Source: an uncultured Verrucomicrobiae bacterium
GTDB lineage: Bacteria; Verrucomicrobiota; Verrucomicrobiia; Chthoniobacterales; UBA10450
Direction of reading: 5' to 3'
Length of the DNA: 64,000 nt
Assembly: GCA_963772365.1 (NCBI GenBank)
Contig: CAVYXA010000001.1
Span: forward strand, 1,600,001 to 1,664,000
The position numbers and the translations under genes are program-made. Positions 10,742 through 21,101 of this stretch are shown one piece after another; the first letter of the stretch is position 1, and every line of letters begins with the position of its first letter. Under the pieces are notes generated by a model. That model saw only the letters and a program-made list of their open reading frames with translations, made no database searches and had not been told where the DNA came from.

Positions 10742-11871
10742 TCCGCATTCCTTTCAATCGCCCATTTGCTACTGGAGCTGAGCTTGATTACGTCCGGGCC
10801 GCACTCACGACGCCGAAGTTCTCAGGCGATGGAAACTTTACTGCAGATTGTCATCGGCTCCTGGAAGAATCGCTGGGCGTCGCCAAAGCGTTTCTTACCA
10901 CCTCTTGCACGCACGCGCTGGAAATGGCTGCTCTTCTTCTCAATCTCGGCCCTGATGATGAAGTTATTCTTCCATCATTTGCATTTAGTTCTACAGCAAA
11001 CGCGTGTGTGCTGCGAGGAGCGCGGCCTGTTTTTGTCGATATCCGCAACGACACTTTGAATATTGATGAAAAGCGGATCGAAGAACTAATTACCGAACGG
11101 ACCAAGGCAATTTTTCTCGTGCACTACGCAGGCGTCGGCTGCGAAATGGACAAGATCCTCGCCATTACCCGGCAGCAGGGCATCGCAGTCCTGGAAGACA
11201 ACGCGCATGGTCTCTACGGGAAATACCGCGGCCGATATCTGGGGACTTTCGGTGAACTGGCAGCTCTTAGTTTTCATGAAACGAAAAACTTCACCTGCGG
11301 CGAGGGTGGAGCGCTGTTAATCAACAATGCCCGGCTGGTCGGACGCGCCGAGATTATTCGAGAAAAGGGGACGGATCGCAGTCGATTCTTCCGTGGCGAG
11401 GTGGACAAATATAACTGGGTCGATATCGGCTCGAGCTACTTGCCTTCCGATCTGCTGGCTGCGTTCCTGCGCGCGCAGCTCGAACATCGGGAACAAATTC
11501 AATCAGCACGTCAACGGCTCTGGGAGAATTACATGCGAGAATTAAACAGTTGGGCTATGGAGAATGGCGTGCGACTTCCGACGATTCCACCCGACTGCGA
11601 GCAGAGTTATCATTTGTTTTATATCATTTTGCCCTCCTTGGATCGCCGGCAGGCGTTGATCTCCCATTTGTTGCAACGCGGAATTCTGGCCGTCTTTCAT
11701 TACCTGCCGCTGCATCTGTCCCCGATGGGCCGTCGCTTTGGCGGACGAGAAGGAGAATGCCCCATAACGGAAAAGGTCTCAGATCGCCTGCTACGCTTGC
11801 CCTTGTACACCGGCATGACGAAATCTGAACAGGCGCAGGTGATCGACGCGGTGACCGTATTTCGTCGGTGA
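10738..11871 (+). CDS. rffA: dTDP-4-amino-4,6-dideoxygalactose transaminase (DegT/DnrJ family)
   Basis: TTSCTHALE, VHYAGV, SFHETKN..CGEGG, EKGTDR..F.RG.VDKY.W.D.GSSY, FHYLPLH. Confidence 0.9.
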   Translation: MIRIPFNRPFATGAELDYVRAALTTPKFSGDGNFTADCHRLLEESLGVAKAFLTTSCTHALEMAALLLNLGPDDEVILPSFAFSSTANACVLRGARPVFVDIRNDTLNIDEKRIEELITERTKAIFLVHYAGVGCEMDKILAITRQQGIAVLEDNAHGLYGKYRGRYLGTFGELAALSFHETKNFTCGEGGALLINNARLVGRAEIIREKGTDRSRFFRGEVDKYNWVDIGSSYLPSDLLAAFLRAQLEHREQIQSARQRLWENYMRELNSWAMENGVRLPTIPPDCEQSYHLFYIILPSLDRRQALISHLLQRGILAVFHYLPLHLSPMGRRFGGREGECPITEKVSDRLLRLPLYTGMTKSEQAQVIDAVTVFRR

Positions 11872-13436
11872 TCGCTGCCGTGACGATGACTGCGATCGCA
11901 CCGCATTCCTTCGGCTCCTGGAATGTTTTGCTACTGGCGATCGCGTTAGGAGGCGCCTCTTTTGCGATGCAAGCGCGTTCGGGGATAAATCTCGCAGACG
12001 AAGGTTTCTTATGGTACGGCGTGCAGCAGACCGCGCGCGGCAGGGTGCCGCTGCGAGATTTTCAATCTTACGAGCCGGGTCGGTATTATTGGGGCGCAGC
12101 CGGGATGCTTCTGTTCGGCAAAGGACTGGTTCCACTGCGTTTTTCGGAAACTCTTTTCCAAATCCTGGGGCTTTGGGTCGGATTGCTGGCTGCGACCAGA
12201 ATGGGGCAGAATTGGGCGCTGCTCATTGCCATTGGCGTGATGCTCACGTTGTGGATGGTTCCTTCGTACAAGCTGTTTGATCATGTCCTCTTGCTTTTCG
12301 GAATTTGGATAGCTGTTCGGCTGATCGAAGAGCCATCATCCGGTCGGATCTTTACGGCTGGTTTGTTCATCGGCCTGTGCTTTTTCTTCGGTCGAAATCA
12401 CGCCCTGTACAATTTCCTGGCTCAAGCCTGTCTGCTGCTCTTGCTCTATTTTAAACTGCGCTCACTCTCGGTGTCGCATTTCGGTCTGTGGTTTACGGGA
12501 ATCCTGCTCGGCCTTGTGCCCATGATCATCATGTTCCTCTGTGTGCCTGGATTTTTCGCCAGTTATCTGGACTCGGTCCGAGAGATTTTCCGTCATGGCG
12601 CCAACCTCTCATTGCCCGTTCCGTGGCCGTGGCGAGTCGCGCCAAATTCTCTCGCTGGCGTGTCACAATTTCTTCTCGGAATTCTTCTAATCGCGCTGCC
12701 GCTGGGATATCTCACGGCAATCGTCATGTCTCTCGTTATGCGATCGCAAGCAATCCAAAACCACGCCTTGCTTATCGGGTGCGCCTTTGTGGGCTTGTTC
12801 TACTTGCACCACGCCTTCTCGCGTCCTGACTTGAGTCACTTCGCGCAGGTCATCCATCCATTTACTCTGGGCATTCTGGCATTCATTAGCTTTTTTGGAG
12901 CACGGCAATTTTATCATTGGACGGCGACCGTGCTGCTCATAGCCATCGGAGCATTCACTGTCTGCAGGCAAACGCCCACCTATCAGCGTATCACATCGCG
13001 GACGTCCTGGGTGCTTTGCGATGTAGGCAGCAAAATTTTCGTACCTCCGGGCATTGGCCGACTGATTACGTGTTTGCGAAAATTCAATGTCGAAAACATT
13101 GGACCAAAGGAGGGCGTGCTCATAGCGCCCTACATGCCAGCGTTATACCCGATCACTAATCGCGAATCGCCATTGTGGGAGATAGGCTTATTCTTTCCAG
13201 CTACGACGGGGCGTCAACGGGCAATGATTCAAGATCTGAATGCTCGGAACGTAAACTGGGCGATCATTTCCGATGCGCCTCTGGGCAAACGTGAAGATCG
13301 ACGTTTCTCCCTAAGCCACAGTCTCGTGTGGCAGTATCTAATGAAAAATTTCGAACCAGTCGAAAGCACCTGTTTCCCAAAATGGCTGAGAATTCTCCAC
13401 CGGACGCTGCCCGAGAGCCGCGTTAGTAAGGAATAA
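11868..13436 (+). CDS. Multi-pass membrane protein, GT-C-like
   Basis: DEG motif after TM1, G.VP.RDF..Y.PG, many TMs, C-terminal periplasmic domain. Confidence 0.6.
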   Translation: MIAAVTMTAIAPHSFGSWNVLLLAIALGGASFAMQARSGINLADEGFLWYGVQQTARGRVPLRDFQSYEPGRYYWGAAGMLLFGKGLVPLRFSETLFQILGLWVGLLAATRMGQNWALLIAIGVMLTLWMVPSYKLFDHVLLLFGIWIAVRLIEEPSSGRIFTAGLFIGLCFFFGRNHALYNFLAQACLLLLLYFKLRSLSVSHFGLWFTGILLGLVPMIIMFLCVPGFFASYLDSVREIFRHGANLSLPVPWPWRVAPNSLAGVSQFLLGILLIALPLGYLTAIVMSLVMRSQAIQNHALLIGCAFVGLFYLHHAFSRPDLSHFAQVIHPFTLGILAFISFFGARQFYHWTATVLLIAIGAFTVCRQTPTYQRITSRTSWVLCDVGSKIFVPPGIGRLITCLRKFNVENIGPKEGVLIAPYMPALYPITNRESPLWEIGLFFPATTGRQRAMIQDLNARNVNWAIISDAPLGKREDRRFSLSHSLVWQYLMKNFEPVESTCFPKWLRILHRTLPESRVSKE

Positions 13437-13459
13437 CCGAACGCAATCTTTACAAGCTT

Positions 13460-14209
13460 ATGGATCGGAATGATGGCAGAAACAGCGAACAACTGCGCTC
13501 AATCCATTTCGACTTGAATATCGCGCGGCATGCCAGCGGTTCGGTCCTTGTTTCCACGGGCGATACGCGTGTGATTTGCGCCGTCACCATCGAGGAGACA
13601 GTGCCACGATGGATGACTGCGCAAAAGGTCAGCGGCGGATGGCTCAGTGCCGAATATTCGATGCTTCCGTATTCGACTCACACGCGCAAACCCCGCGATA
13701 TCACTCGCGGCCGGCTCGATGGTCGCAGCACGGAAATCCAGCGTTTGATAGGCCGATCTTTGCGCGCCGTTGTCGATCTTGGAAAACTGGGTGAGCGCAC
13801 AATGTGGATCGATTGCGATGTCCTCCAGGCCGACGGCGGAACTCGGACCGCGGCAATTACCGGCGCCAGTCTGGCCGTGGCAATCGGCTGCCAAAAACTG
13901 GTCCGGGAAAAATTGGTAGCGGAGTCGCCCGTTCGAAAACTAGTCGCAGCCGTAAGCGCCGGCATTCTTGATGGAAATGCGATTGTCGATCTTAACTATG
14001 AAGAAGACAAAGCCGTCACCGTCGATTTCAATCTTGTCGCGACTGAAGATGGCGAATTTGTAGAAGTGCAAGGCTCGGGCGAAGAAGCGGCGTTCACCCA
14101 ATCTCAAATGGATCAAATGCTCAGCCTGGCGCGCAAAGGCGTAGCCGAACTAATCGCGGCTCAGCGTGCAGTTTTGGCCCGAATGATGGTATCGCCACCC
14201 GAGAGCTAA
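13460..14209 (+). CDS. rph: Ribonuclease PH
   Basis: AEYSMLP, GRSTEIQRLIGRSLR, DCDVLQADGGTRTA, EVQG. Confidence 0.97.
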   Translation: MDRNDGRNSEQLRSIHFDLNIARHASGSVLVSTGDTRVICAVTIEETVPRWMTAQKVSGGWLSAEYSMLPYSTHTRKPRDITRGRLDGRSTEIQRLIGRSLRAVVDLGKLGERTMWIDCDVLQADGGTRTAAITGASLAVAIGCQKLVREKLVAESPVRKLVAAVSAGILDGNAIVDLNYEEDKAVTVDFNLVATEDGEFVEVQGSGEEAAFTQSQMDQMLSLARKGVAELIAAQRAVLARMMVSPPES

Positions 14210-14255
14210 ATCGTTTGCTCGTGCACGCTGTCTGCTTTAAACCGAGACCAATCTG

Positions 14256-15269
14256 ATGAAACGCGCGTTGATTACCGGCATCACGGGGCAGGATGGAAGT
14301 TATCTCGCCGATCTCCTGCTCGAGAAAGGCTATGAAGTTCACGGCATTATCCGCCGTGCCAGCACATTTAACACGTCGCGAATCGACCATCTCTACGCCG
14401 ATCCACACATCAACGGTGTGCGGATGTTTCTTCATTACGGCGATCTGAGCGATTCGGTCAATCTCGTTAAACTTGTCTATGAGTTGAAGCCGGACGAGGT
14501 TTATCATCTCGGCGCGCAAAGCCACGTCCGCGTCAGCTTCGATATCCCCGAATACACTTCGGACGTGACCGGGATTGGCACGATCCGAATTTTGGAAGCC
14601 ATCCGGGAAACCGGCGTTCGTTCCCGGTTTTATCAGGCGTCCAGCAGCGAAATGTTCGGCAAGGCACAGCAAGTTCCGCAAAGTGAAAAAACCCCATTCT
14701 GGCCTCGAAGCCCCTACGGCGTCGCCAAGGTTTTCGCTTACTGGGCCACGGTGAACTACCGCGAGAGCTACAGCCTCCACGCGAGCAACGGCATTTTGTT
14801 CAATCATGAAAGCCCGCGCCGCGGTGAGACCTTTGTGACACGGAAAATCTCACGCGCGGTGGCCGCCATTAAACAAGGCCTGCAACACGAACTGTTTTTG
14901 GGGAATCTCGATGCGAAGCGCGACTGGGGTTACGCGCCTGAATACGTCGAAGGCATGTGGCGGATTCTTCAGCAGGAGGACGGCAGCGATTTCGTGCTGG
15001 CCACCGGCGAAACGCACAGTGTGCGGGAGTTCGTCGAAGAAGCGTTTGCGCATGTTGATCTTGATTGGAAAAAATACGTGAAGCACGACGAGCGCTACGA
15101 ACGTCCGGCCGAGGTCGACTTGTTAATCGGGGATCCTTCCAAAGCCAAAAAGGTTTTGGGCTGGGAGCCGAAAGTGCGTTTCAAAGAGCTGGTCCGGATC
15201 ATGATTGATGCCGATTTGGAACTGCTCTCGCGTGAAACGCCGCGCAAACATCTCGGGAAACTTCCGTGA
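14256..15269 (+). CDS. gmd: GDP-mannose 4,6-dehydratase
   Basis: [46 protein letters not shown]. Confidence 0.97.
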   Translation: MKRALITGITGQDGSYLADLLLEKGYEVHGIIRRASTFNTSRIDHLYADPHINGVRMFLHYGDLSDSVNLVKLVYELKPDEVYHLGAQSHVRVSFDIPEYTSDVTGIGTIRILEAIRETGVRSRFYQASSSEMFGKAQQVPQSEKTPFWPRSPYGVAKVFAYWATVNYRESYSLHASNGILFNHESPRRGETFVTRKISRAVAAIKQGLQHELFLGNLDAKRDWGYAPEYVEGMWRILQQEDGSDFVLATGETHSVREFVEEAFAHVDLDWKKYVKHDERYERPAEVDLLIGDPSKAKKVLGWEPKVRFKELVRIMIDADLELLSRETPRKHLGKLP

Positions 15270-15317
15270 CCATGGCAACAGTCCCGCACTCGCGCTGTTC
15301 AGGAAATAATCGCGCCC

Positions 15318-16592
15318 TTAATTATCGTTAAAGCTCGTATTGGCTGGGCCGAGCAGTCCTACTGTGTGGTAATACCCCGCAGCAACCGCAGTCACAATCC
15401 TGCTTGAGAGCGCTCCGATCAAGTTCACCGCGACCGGGGTTGTACGATTCGTGGTTGAGCCATCCCCAAGTTCTCCGTAACCGTTATTGCCCCAAGCATA
15501 GGCTCGCCCTTCGGAGGTTATCGCCATTGTGTGAACGCCACCCGCGGCGATCATAGTGACGGTCTTTCCCGCGAGTACGCCGCCCAAGAAAACCGCCACT
15601 GGCATCGAATTGTTAGTGATCGTGCCATTTCCCAATTGGCCGTAGCTGTTGTTGCCCCAGGCAAAAACGTCCCCGGCTGAAACCGATGCCACCGTATGGT
15701 CCCCGCCCGCGGCAATCGCAGTCACGATCTTCCCCGAAAGCACACCACTCGTGTCCACCGCTACAGGCCTTGTGCGATTAAAAACTGTGCCATCGCCCAG
15801 TTGTCCGTAGGTGTTGCGTCCCCATGTGTAGATTTTTCCCTCGGAAGTCAACGCCACCGTATGTTCGTCGCCCACCGCGATCGCCGTAACGATCTTGCCC
15901 GAGAGCACCCCGCTCATGTCCACAGCCACGGGCGTCGTACGACTAATAGTTGTGCCATCCCCCAGTTCTCCTTCGTTGTTGCGTCCCCACGCATAAATTA
16001 ACCCGTCGCGAGTTAACGCTGCGGTGTGGCTCTCGGCAGCTGCGATCGCGATCACGAACTTACCGAAGAGCGCTCCGGTGGTGTCCACCGCCACCGGCCT
16101 TGTTCGACTGGTTGTTGTGCCATCGCCCAGTTGTCCGTAGATGTTGTAACCCCAGGCATAGACGTTTCCATCCGAAGTGAGCGCCACTGTGTGGAAGAGA
16201 CCGGCGGAGATTGAGGTCACGAACTTGCCCAATAGTTCTCTGCGCATGTCAACCGCGACCGGGGTTGAGCGATTAATCGTCGTGCCATCACCCAATTGCC
16301 CAGCCCCGTTGTAGCCCCAGCCATAGATTTTCCCTTCGGAAGTCAGCGCCATGGTATGCGCGCCGCCCGCTACGATTCGAGTCACAACCTTGCCTGAGAG
16401 CACTCCGCTTCTATCTACCGCCACCGGCAGGTGCTGATTAGTATCGCTCCCGTCGCCTAGCTGTCCGAAAGAGTTATTGCCCCAGGCATACGGATCCGCC
16501 CCTCGCGCAACCGCACAGCAAACAAGAACCACAAGCGCGGCGACAAACGCCACAATCTTTGTAGTCGAAATGATACGGCGCCGCATCATCAT
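15318..16592 (-). CDS. Secreted RCC1/BLIP-II-type beta-propeller repeat protein
   Basis: Signal peptide followed by about 7 repeats of roughly 55 aa (Y.WG.N..GQLGDGT......PVAV...HT.AL). Confidence 0.9.
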   Translation of the reverse strand: MMMRRRIISTTKIVAFVAALVVLVCCAVARGADPYAWGNNSFGQLGDGSDTNQHLPVAVDRSGVLSGKVVTRIVAGGAHTMALTSEGKIYGWGYNGAGQLGDGTTINRSTPVAVDMRRELLGKFVTSISAGLFHTVALTSDGNVYAWGYNIYGQLGDGTTTSRTRPVAVDTTGALFGKFVIAIAAAESHTAALTRDGLIYAWGRNNEGELGDGTTISRTTPVAVDMSGVLSGKIVTAIAVGDEHTVALTSEGKIYTWGRNTYGQLGDGTVFNRTRPVAVDTSGVLSGKIVTAIAAGGDHTVASVSAGDVFAWGNNSYGQLGNGTITNNSMPVAVFLGGVLAGKTVTMIAAGGVHTMAITSEGRAYAWGNNGYGELGDGSTTNRTTPVAVNLIGALSSRIVTAVAAGYYHTVGLLGPANTSFNDN

Positions 16593-16702
16593 GTTAGTTC
16601 CAAATCGGGGAACTGAGTTCTAGTCACGAACGCCGACGTGAGTAAAGGCATTTATTTCGGTTAGGGGAAATTTTCGCGCGCTCCCGTTCGATCTTCAAAC
16701 AA

Positions 16703-17317
16703 CTAGCGTTGGACCAGCGCGGGGCGATTCACGCCAAAGGGCGAAGCGGCAAGGCGAAGCGCGGGAACGACGCTCACCAGTGGAGCATCGACAATTGTCA
16801 CGTCTGCCCCACGGCCCACCAAATTATAGAGGTTGACGATGTCGCGTGACCGCATCCGGATGCATCCATAGCTGGCGGGCCGCCCAATGTTTCGCTCCTC
16901 TGGCGTTCCGTGAATGTAAATCCCGCGACGGTAGGCATTGGCGTTCTGACGTTCTATGCCTCGCAGCCAGAGGATACGCGTCACGATGGGATCACGTCCC
17001 GGTGAATCGATGGCTACGATCTCGCCAGTTCGGCGTCGATCCTTGAATACCGCGCCTAACGGAGCGCCATTACCGATTTTCTGCGCGACCTCGAGTTTTC
17101 CCAGTGGCGTACCATAACTCCCCGGTCGGTCACTTAGGCAAAACTTTGAACTCGAGACGGGATAGGTCGCGAGGAGTCTGCCCTGCTCGAGCACGGCCAA
17201 CCGTTCGTCGCGAACGCTAATGAGAACCTGATGTTGCGTGTCTGGGGCAGCGCAAGAGGCGAGAAAGAGTCCAATGATGATTGCTGTGAGCCGGGTAAAC
17301 AGATTATCCATCTTCAT
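16703..17317 (-). CDS. L,D-transpeptidase (YkuD family), lipoprotein
   Basis: Lipobox LASC; IYIHGT...SYGCIRM catalytic motif. Confidence 0.9.
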   Translation of the reverse strand: MKMDNLFTRLTAIIIGLFLASCAAPDTQHQVLISVRDERLAVLEQGRLLATYPVSSSKFCLSDRPGSYGTPLGKLEVAQKIGNGAPLGAVFKDRRRTGEIVAIDSPGRDPIVTRILWLRGIERQNANAYRRGIYIHGTPEERNIGRPASYGCIRMRSRDIVNLYNLVGRGADVTIVDAPLVSVVPALRLAASPFGVNRPALVQR

Positions 17318-18177
17318 TTCCGATCAAACCGGAAGAACTCTTCGGCAGTTGCGGTGGTTGCGCGAGCGATTTCTTCCAGGGAAATTCCGCGAGCGGCGGC
17401 AATCGACTCGGCCACCAGGCGAGTATGGGCCGGTTCGCAGCGTTTCCCGCGAAACGGAACTGGCGCAAGGTAAGGACAATCTGTTTCCACCATAAATCTA
17501 TCGAGCGGAGCCTGCGCTGCGACTGCACGAACATTTGCGCCGTTCTTGAACGTCACGATGCCAGTGAAGGAAACCAAGTGCCCAAGATCGAACACTTCAT
17601 TCGCCTGCTCGAGAGTTCTTCCAAAACAATGGAATACTCCACTGACCTGCCGGCCATACTCTCGCAAGATCGACAATGTATCGTCCCAGGCATCGCGTTG
17701 ATGAATCACTACATTCAGCCGCAATTCGACCGCCAAATCGAGTTGCTGCTCAAACAAGCTCGCCTGTTTGGATTTGTAAGCGCCATCGCGAATCCGGGCA
17801 TCGACATCTTGCCCGGTCTCGCTTTGCAACGCATGCATCACTTGCGCCCGTTTTTCTTTCGCAGCCTCAATGCTGGGCAGGTGATGATAATCCAGACCGA
17901 TCTCGCCGATCGCCACTACCTGCGGGTTTTTCGCCAGCTCCCGGAGCGGGGTTATCACGTCCTCTTCCGCTTGCTCGGCGTAGCTCGGATGAACACCTAT
18001 CACGGCGAAAATACTCGGATACTTCTCCGCAAGATCGACAGCGCGCCGGCTGCTCTCGACTGAAGTGCCGATGGTGAGAATTCGAGTGACTCCCGCATCA
18101 CTCGCCCGGCGGATTACGTCGTCGAAGTCGTTAGCGAAATCGGGATAATCGAGATGGGCGTGAGTTTCGATCAGCAT
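17314..18177 (-). CDS. tatD: TatD family hydrolase
   Basis: ETHAHL, GVHP, GEIGLDY, FHCF, ETDCPYL. Confidence 0.93.
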   Translation of the reverse strand: MLIETHAHLDYPDFANDFDDVIRRASDAGVTRILTIGTSVESSRRAVDLAEKYPSIFAVIGVHPSYAEQAEEDVITPLRELAKNPQVVAIGEIGLDYHHLPSIEAAKEKRAQVMHALQSETGQDVDARIRDGAYKSKQASLFEQQLDLAVELRLNVVIHQRDAWDDTLSILREYGRQVSGVFHCFGRTLEQANEVFDLGHLVSFTGIVTFKNGANVRAVAAQAPLDRFMVETDCPYLAPVPFRGKRCEPAHTRLVAESIAAARGISLEEIARATTATAEEFFRFDRK

Positions 18178-18192
18178 ATCGAAGATGCAAGA

Positions 18193-18269
18193 ATTAAAAG
18201 GTTACAAGGTTAGGCCGTTACAAAGGAAAAATTCTCCCATTTAACCATGTGACTTTTTAACCATTTAAC
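18193..18269. repeat. Inverted pair of degenerate 8-bp tandem arrays (GTTAMAAG-like x4, then CATTTAAC-like x4)
   Basis: ATTAAAAG GTTACAAG GTTAGGCC GTTACAAA ... CATTTAAC CATGTGAC TTTTTAAC CATTTAAC between fabH and tatD. Confidence 0.55.
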
Positions 18270-18284
18270 CTGCGCCGAAGGCGC

Positions 18285-19307
18285 TCACCATTCGATCACT
18301 GTGCTCGCCCAGGTAAGTCCACCGCCAAAAACGACCATCAATATGTAATCGCCCGGTTTGATCCGGCCGCTGCGATTGGCCTCATCGAGCGCAATGGCAA
18401 CAGCTGCCGCCGAGGTGTTTCCATATCGATCGAGGTTCACATAAAATTTTTCGATAGGAATCCCAAGTCGGTCGGCAATTCCTTCAATGATCCGCAGGTT
18501 CGCCTGGTGTGGGATGACACAGGAAATGTCGTCAATCGACAATCCGGCTTGCTCGAGCGCCTTGTTCGCGGCGCTTAGCATTGCGATCACCGCCTGCTTG
18601 TAGACCTCTTTGCCTGTCATGTGGATGGTGGCCAGGTTCATGTCGGCGTTGTCGCGCGTAATCGGGCAACGCGAGCCGCCGCCCGGCATGAATAGAATGT
18701 CACTGAATTGACCGTCGCTGCCGATGTAGGTGCTGATCACGCCGTGACTGCCGCCGCGGTGCCGCAAAATTGCCGCGCCAGCGCCGTCACCGAAAAGCAC
18801 GCAGGTGTTGCGATCCGTCCAGTTCGTGATCGACGTCAGTTTATCGGCGCCAATGACGAGAACGGTGTCGTAGGTGTGGGATCGGATGAATTGTTGGGCG
18901 ATTTCGATGGCAAAAAGAAATCCAGCGCACGCCGCGGAAACATCGAGGCAGGCAGCATTCGTGGCGCCGATTTTTTTCTGTACGAAACAGGCGGTCGCCG
19001 GAAAAAGCATGTCCGGTGTCGCCGTCGCGACGAGGATCAAATCAATTTCCTTGGATGAAATTTGCGCCTGCTCCATCGCCTTGAGGGCGGATTGGGTAGC
19101 CATGTCGCTGGTGTGTTCGTCCCTGGCGGCAATCCGCCGTTCTTTGATGCCGGTGCGAGTGGTAATCCATTCATCGCTGGTATCGACGATTCGCGACAAG
19201 TCCTCATTCGTCAGGATTTTTTCCGGCACATAGCTGCCGGTGCCGATGATCGAGACGGTCCGGATTGCTTTACCGGAGCGCGGGCTCGAGCGGGGCTGTG
19301 GTTTCAT
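18285..19307 (-). CDS. fabH: 3-oxoacyl-ACP synthase III
   Basis: AACAGF, LFGDGAGA, PHQAN, GNTSAA; follows plsX. Confidence 0.97.
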   Translation of the reverse strand: MKPQPRSSPRSGKAIRTVSIIGTGSYVPEKILTNEDLSRIVDTSDEWITTRTGIKERRIAARDEHTSDMATQSALKAMEQAQISSKEIDLILVATATPDMLFPATACFVQKKIGATNAACLDVSAACAGFLFAIEIAQQFIRSHTYDTVLVIGADKLTSITNWTDRNTCVLFGDGAGAAILRHRGGSHGVISTYIGSDGQFSDILFMPGGGSRCPITRDNADMNLATIHMTGKEVYKQAVIAMLSAANKALEQAGLSIDDISCVIPHQANLRIIEGIADRLGIPIEKFYVNLDRYGNTSAAAVAIALDEANRSGRIKPGDYILMVVFGGGLTWASTVIEW

Positions 19308-20301
19308 GATAACGGCGAATCTCTTTGACGATATGCGGATTGACCTGTTCTTCAATCGACTCCGCCGCCACGCGCAAGGCATTCTTGATTGCCAGCGGTG
19401 TGCTCGCGCCGTGCGCAATGATACAAATTCCGTTGACGCCAAGCAGCGGCATCCCGCCGTACTCTTCGTAATTCGTTTTATCTTTGATGACTCGAAACGC
19501 CTTGCGCGCCAGATAAGCGCCCACCATGTGGATCTTCGAACGCGTCAATTCATCCTTGAGCCATTTGAAAATTGCCACCGCGATCGATTCCGAGGTCTTC
19601 AGGATCACATTGCCCACAAAGCCATCGCATACGACTACCTCGACCGGCTTTTCAAACAAATGGCGACCCTCCACGTTGCCGCGAAAATTCAGCCCGCTCC
19701 CCTTCAACATGTGGAATACCTCCTTGGTCAACTCGGTCCCTTTCACATCTTCCTCCCCCAGCGAGATCAATCCCACGCTGGGTTTTTTGTAGCCGAGAAC
19801 ATGACGGGAATAAACCGATCCCATGATCGCGTACTGAAGAAGATGCTCGGGTCGCGAGTCAATATTGGCTCCCGCGTCGATCAGGACGAATTCGTTAAAC
19901 TGCGTCGGCAGCACCGCGGCAATTCCAGGCCGATAAATTCCCTCGAGGGTCCGCAATTTGATCATGCTGGCAGCAACTGCGGCGCCGGTGTGGCCGGCCG
20001 TGACGATGGCGTCCGCGTCGCCACGCTTCACGACATCGACAGCGCGGCTGACCGACGAATCCTTTTTTCGACGAACTGCGGACCATGCCCTGTCGCTCAT
20101 ATCCACGACCTGGCTGGAATGAACGATGTCGATCCTGCCGTCGTTAAAATGCAGCTTCTTTAATTCCGCCTCAATCTGAGGCGTGTCGCCGACCAAAAAT
20201 AGTTTGCTGATGCGCGAATACTCCTTGAGCGCCATGACAGCGCCAGCCACGAGATTCGGTGGGCCAAAATCGCCCCCCATCGCATCCAAGGCGATCTTCA
20301 T
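19270..20301 (-). CDS. plsX: Phosphate acyltransferase
   Basis: IALDAMGGD, AGHTGA, DAGAN, CDGFVGN..LK, GG..LLG. Confidence 0.97.
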   Translation of the reverse strand: MKIALDAMGGDFGPPNLVAGAVMALKEYSRISKLFLVGDTPQIEAELKKLHFNDGRIDIVHSSQVVDMSDRAWSAVRRKKDSSVSRAVDVVKRGDADAIVTAGHTGAAVAASMIKLRTLEGIYRPGIAAVLPTQFNEFVLIDAGANIDSRPEHLLQYAIMGSVYSRHVLGYKKPSVGLISLGEEDVKGTELTKEVFHMLKGSGLNFRGNVEGRHLFEKPVEVVVCDGFVGNVILKTSESIAVAIFKWLKDELTRSKIHMVGAYLARKAFRVIKDKTNYEEYGGMPLLGVNGICIIAHGASTPLAIKNALRVAAESIEEQVNPHIVKEIRRYHETTAPLEPALR

Positions 20302-20382
20302 TGCGGAGAGATTCTGCGGAGTTTACCCGCGCAATGCAAGTGACTTAAAGCGGGCGAGCGATATCCGTGCTCTCAGCCTGTG

Positions 20383-20565
20383 CTACTTCCCCTCGACAGT
20401 CAGGACCTGTCGACCTTTGTAATAGCCACAGGAAGGACAAACTGTGTGCGGCGCGACGGTGCTCCCGCACTGAGGGCATTTGTTCAAGTGAGGCGCATGC
20501 CAGCGATTGGCAGCCTTACGCGTGCGTAGCCGCATTTTCGACGTTTTGCGTTTCGGAACTCCCAT
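20383..20565 (-). CDS. rpmF: 50S ribosomal protein L32
   Basis: MGVPKRKTSK...CPQCG...PHTVCPSCGYYKG; yceD-rpmF-plsX synteny. Confidence 0.97.
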   Translation of the reverse strand: MGVPKRKTSKMRLRTRKAANRWHAPHLNKCPQCGSTVAPHTVCPSCGYYKGRQVLTVEGK

Positions 20566-20619
20566 AGAAGCGAATTAGGAAAGCAGGAAATCAGCAAAAG
20601 ACAAATGACTCCGCGGTTC

Positions 20620-21081
20620 TCAGTGTTTCAGTTTCAGCTTATCCAGCGCGCTCCAGTCCGATTTTCGCTCTGGTTCCAGCGGCGACGGTTTGGGAATTTT
20701 GCCCTTACAAATCCGGCCGCCATCTCGGTCGCAATGAGGATGAGCTGGCAAATTCAGCAACAAATCTTCTCGGATGAACGGCGTAAGATCGACAACTTCC
20801 GGACCTGCCAATTCCGTGTGCATGGCAAAGGTCGGGACATTGATCCGATGCACAAACCGCTCCAGACACGAAACACAGCGCAATTCCACCGGTTGCGAAA
20901 GCGAGCCCTTTGCCCAGAGTGCGCCGTTTCCCACGCCAATATCGATGTTGTAATGAAGCGGCCCGGCGCACGAGATATCTTCATTATCCAAACCCAATAG
21001 CTGGCAATCTTCATCGCCTTCGAGATGCAGTCCCTCGGCCGGGATTTGTTTGAGATGAATTTTCATTTCGCCCTGAGCCAA
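20620..21081 (-). CDS. yceD: YceD/DUF177 family protein
   Basis: C..CL, DLT..IRE.LLL.LP..P.C...C.G, W.AL..LK; upstream of rpmF. Confidence 0.9.
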   Translation of the reverse strand: MAQGEMKIHLKQIPAEGLHLEGDEDCQLLGLDNEDISCAGPLHYNIDIGVGNGALWAKGSLSQPVELRCVSCLERFVHRINVPTFAMHTELAGPEVVDLTPFIREDLLLNLPAHPHCDRDGGRICKGKIPKPSPLEPERKSDWSALDKLKLKH

Positions 21082-21101
21082 TTCTGAACTCCCTCCTCAA
21101 T

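Noticed and set aside
15400..16500. ~165-bp periodic DNA repeat as a possible array or DGR-like template
   Set aside because: Fully explained by RCC1 protein repeats in one open frame; no reverse transcriptase nearby.
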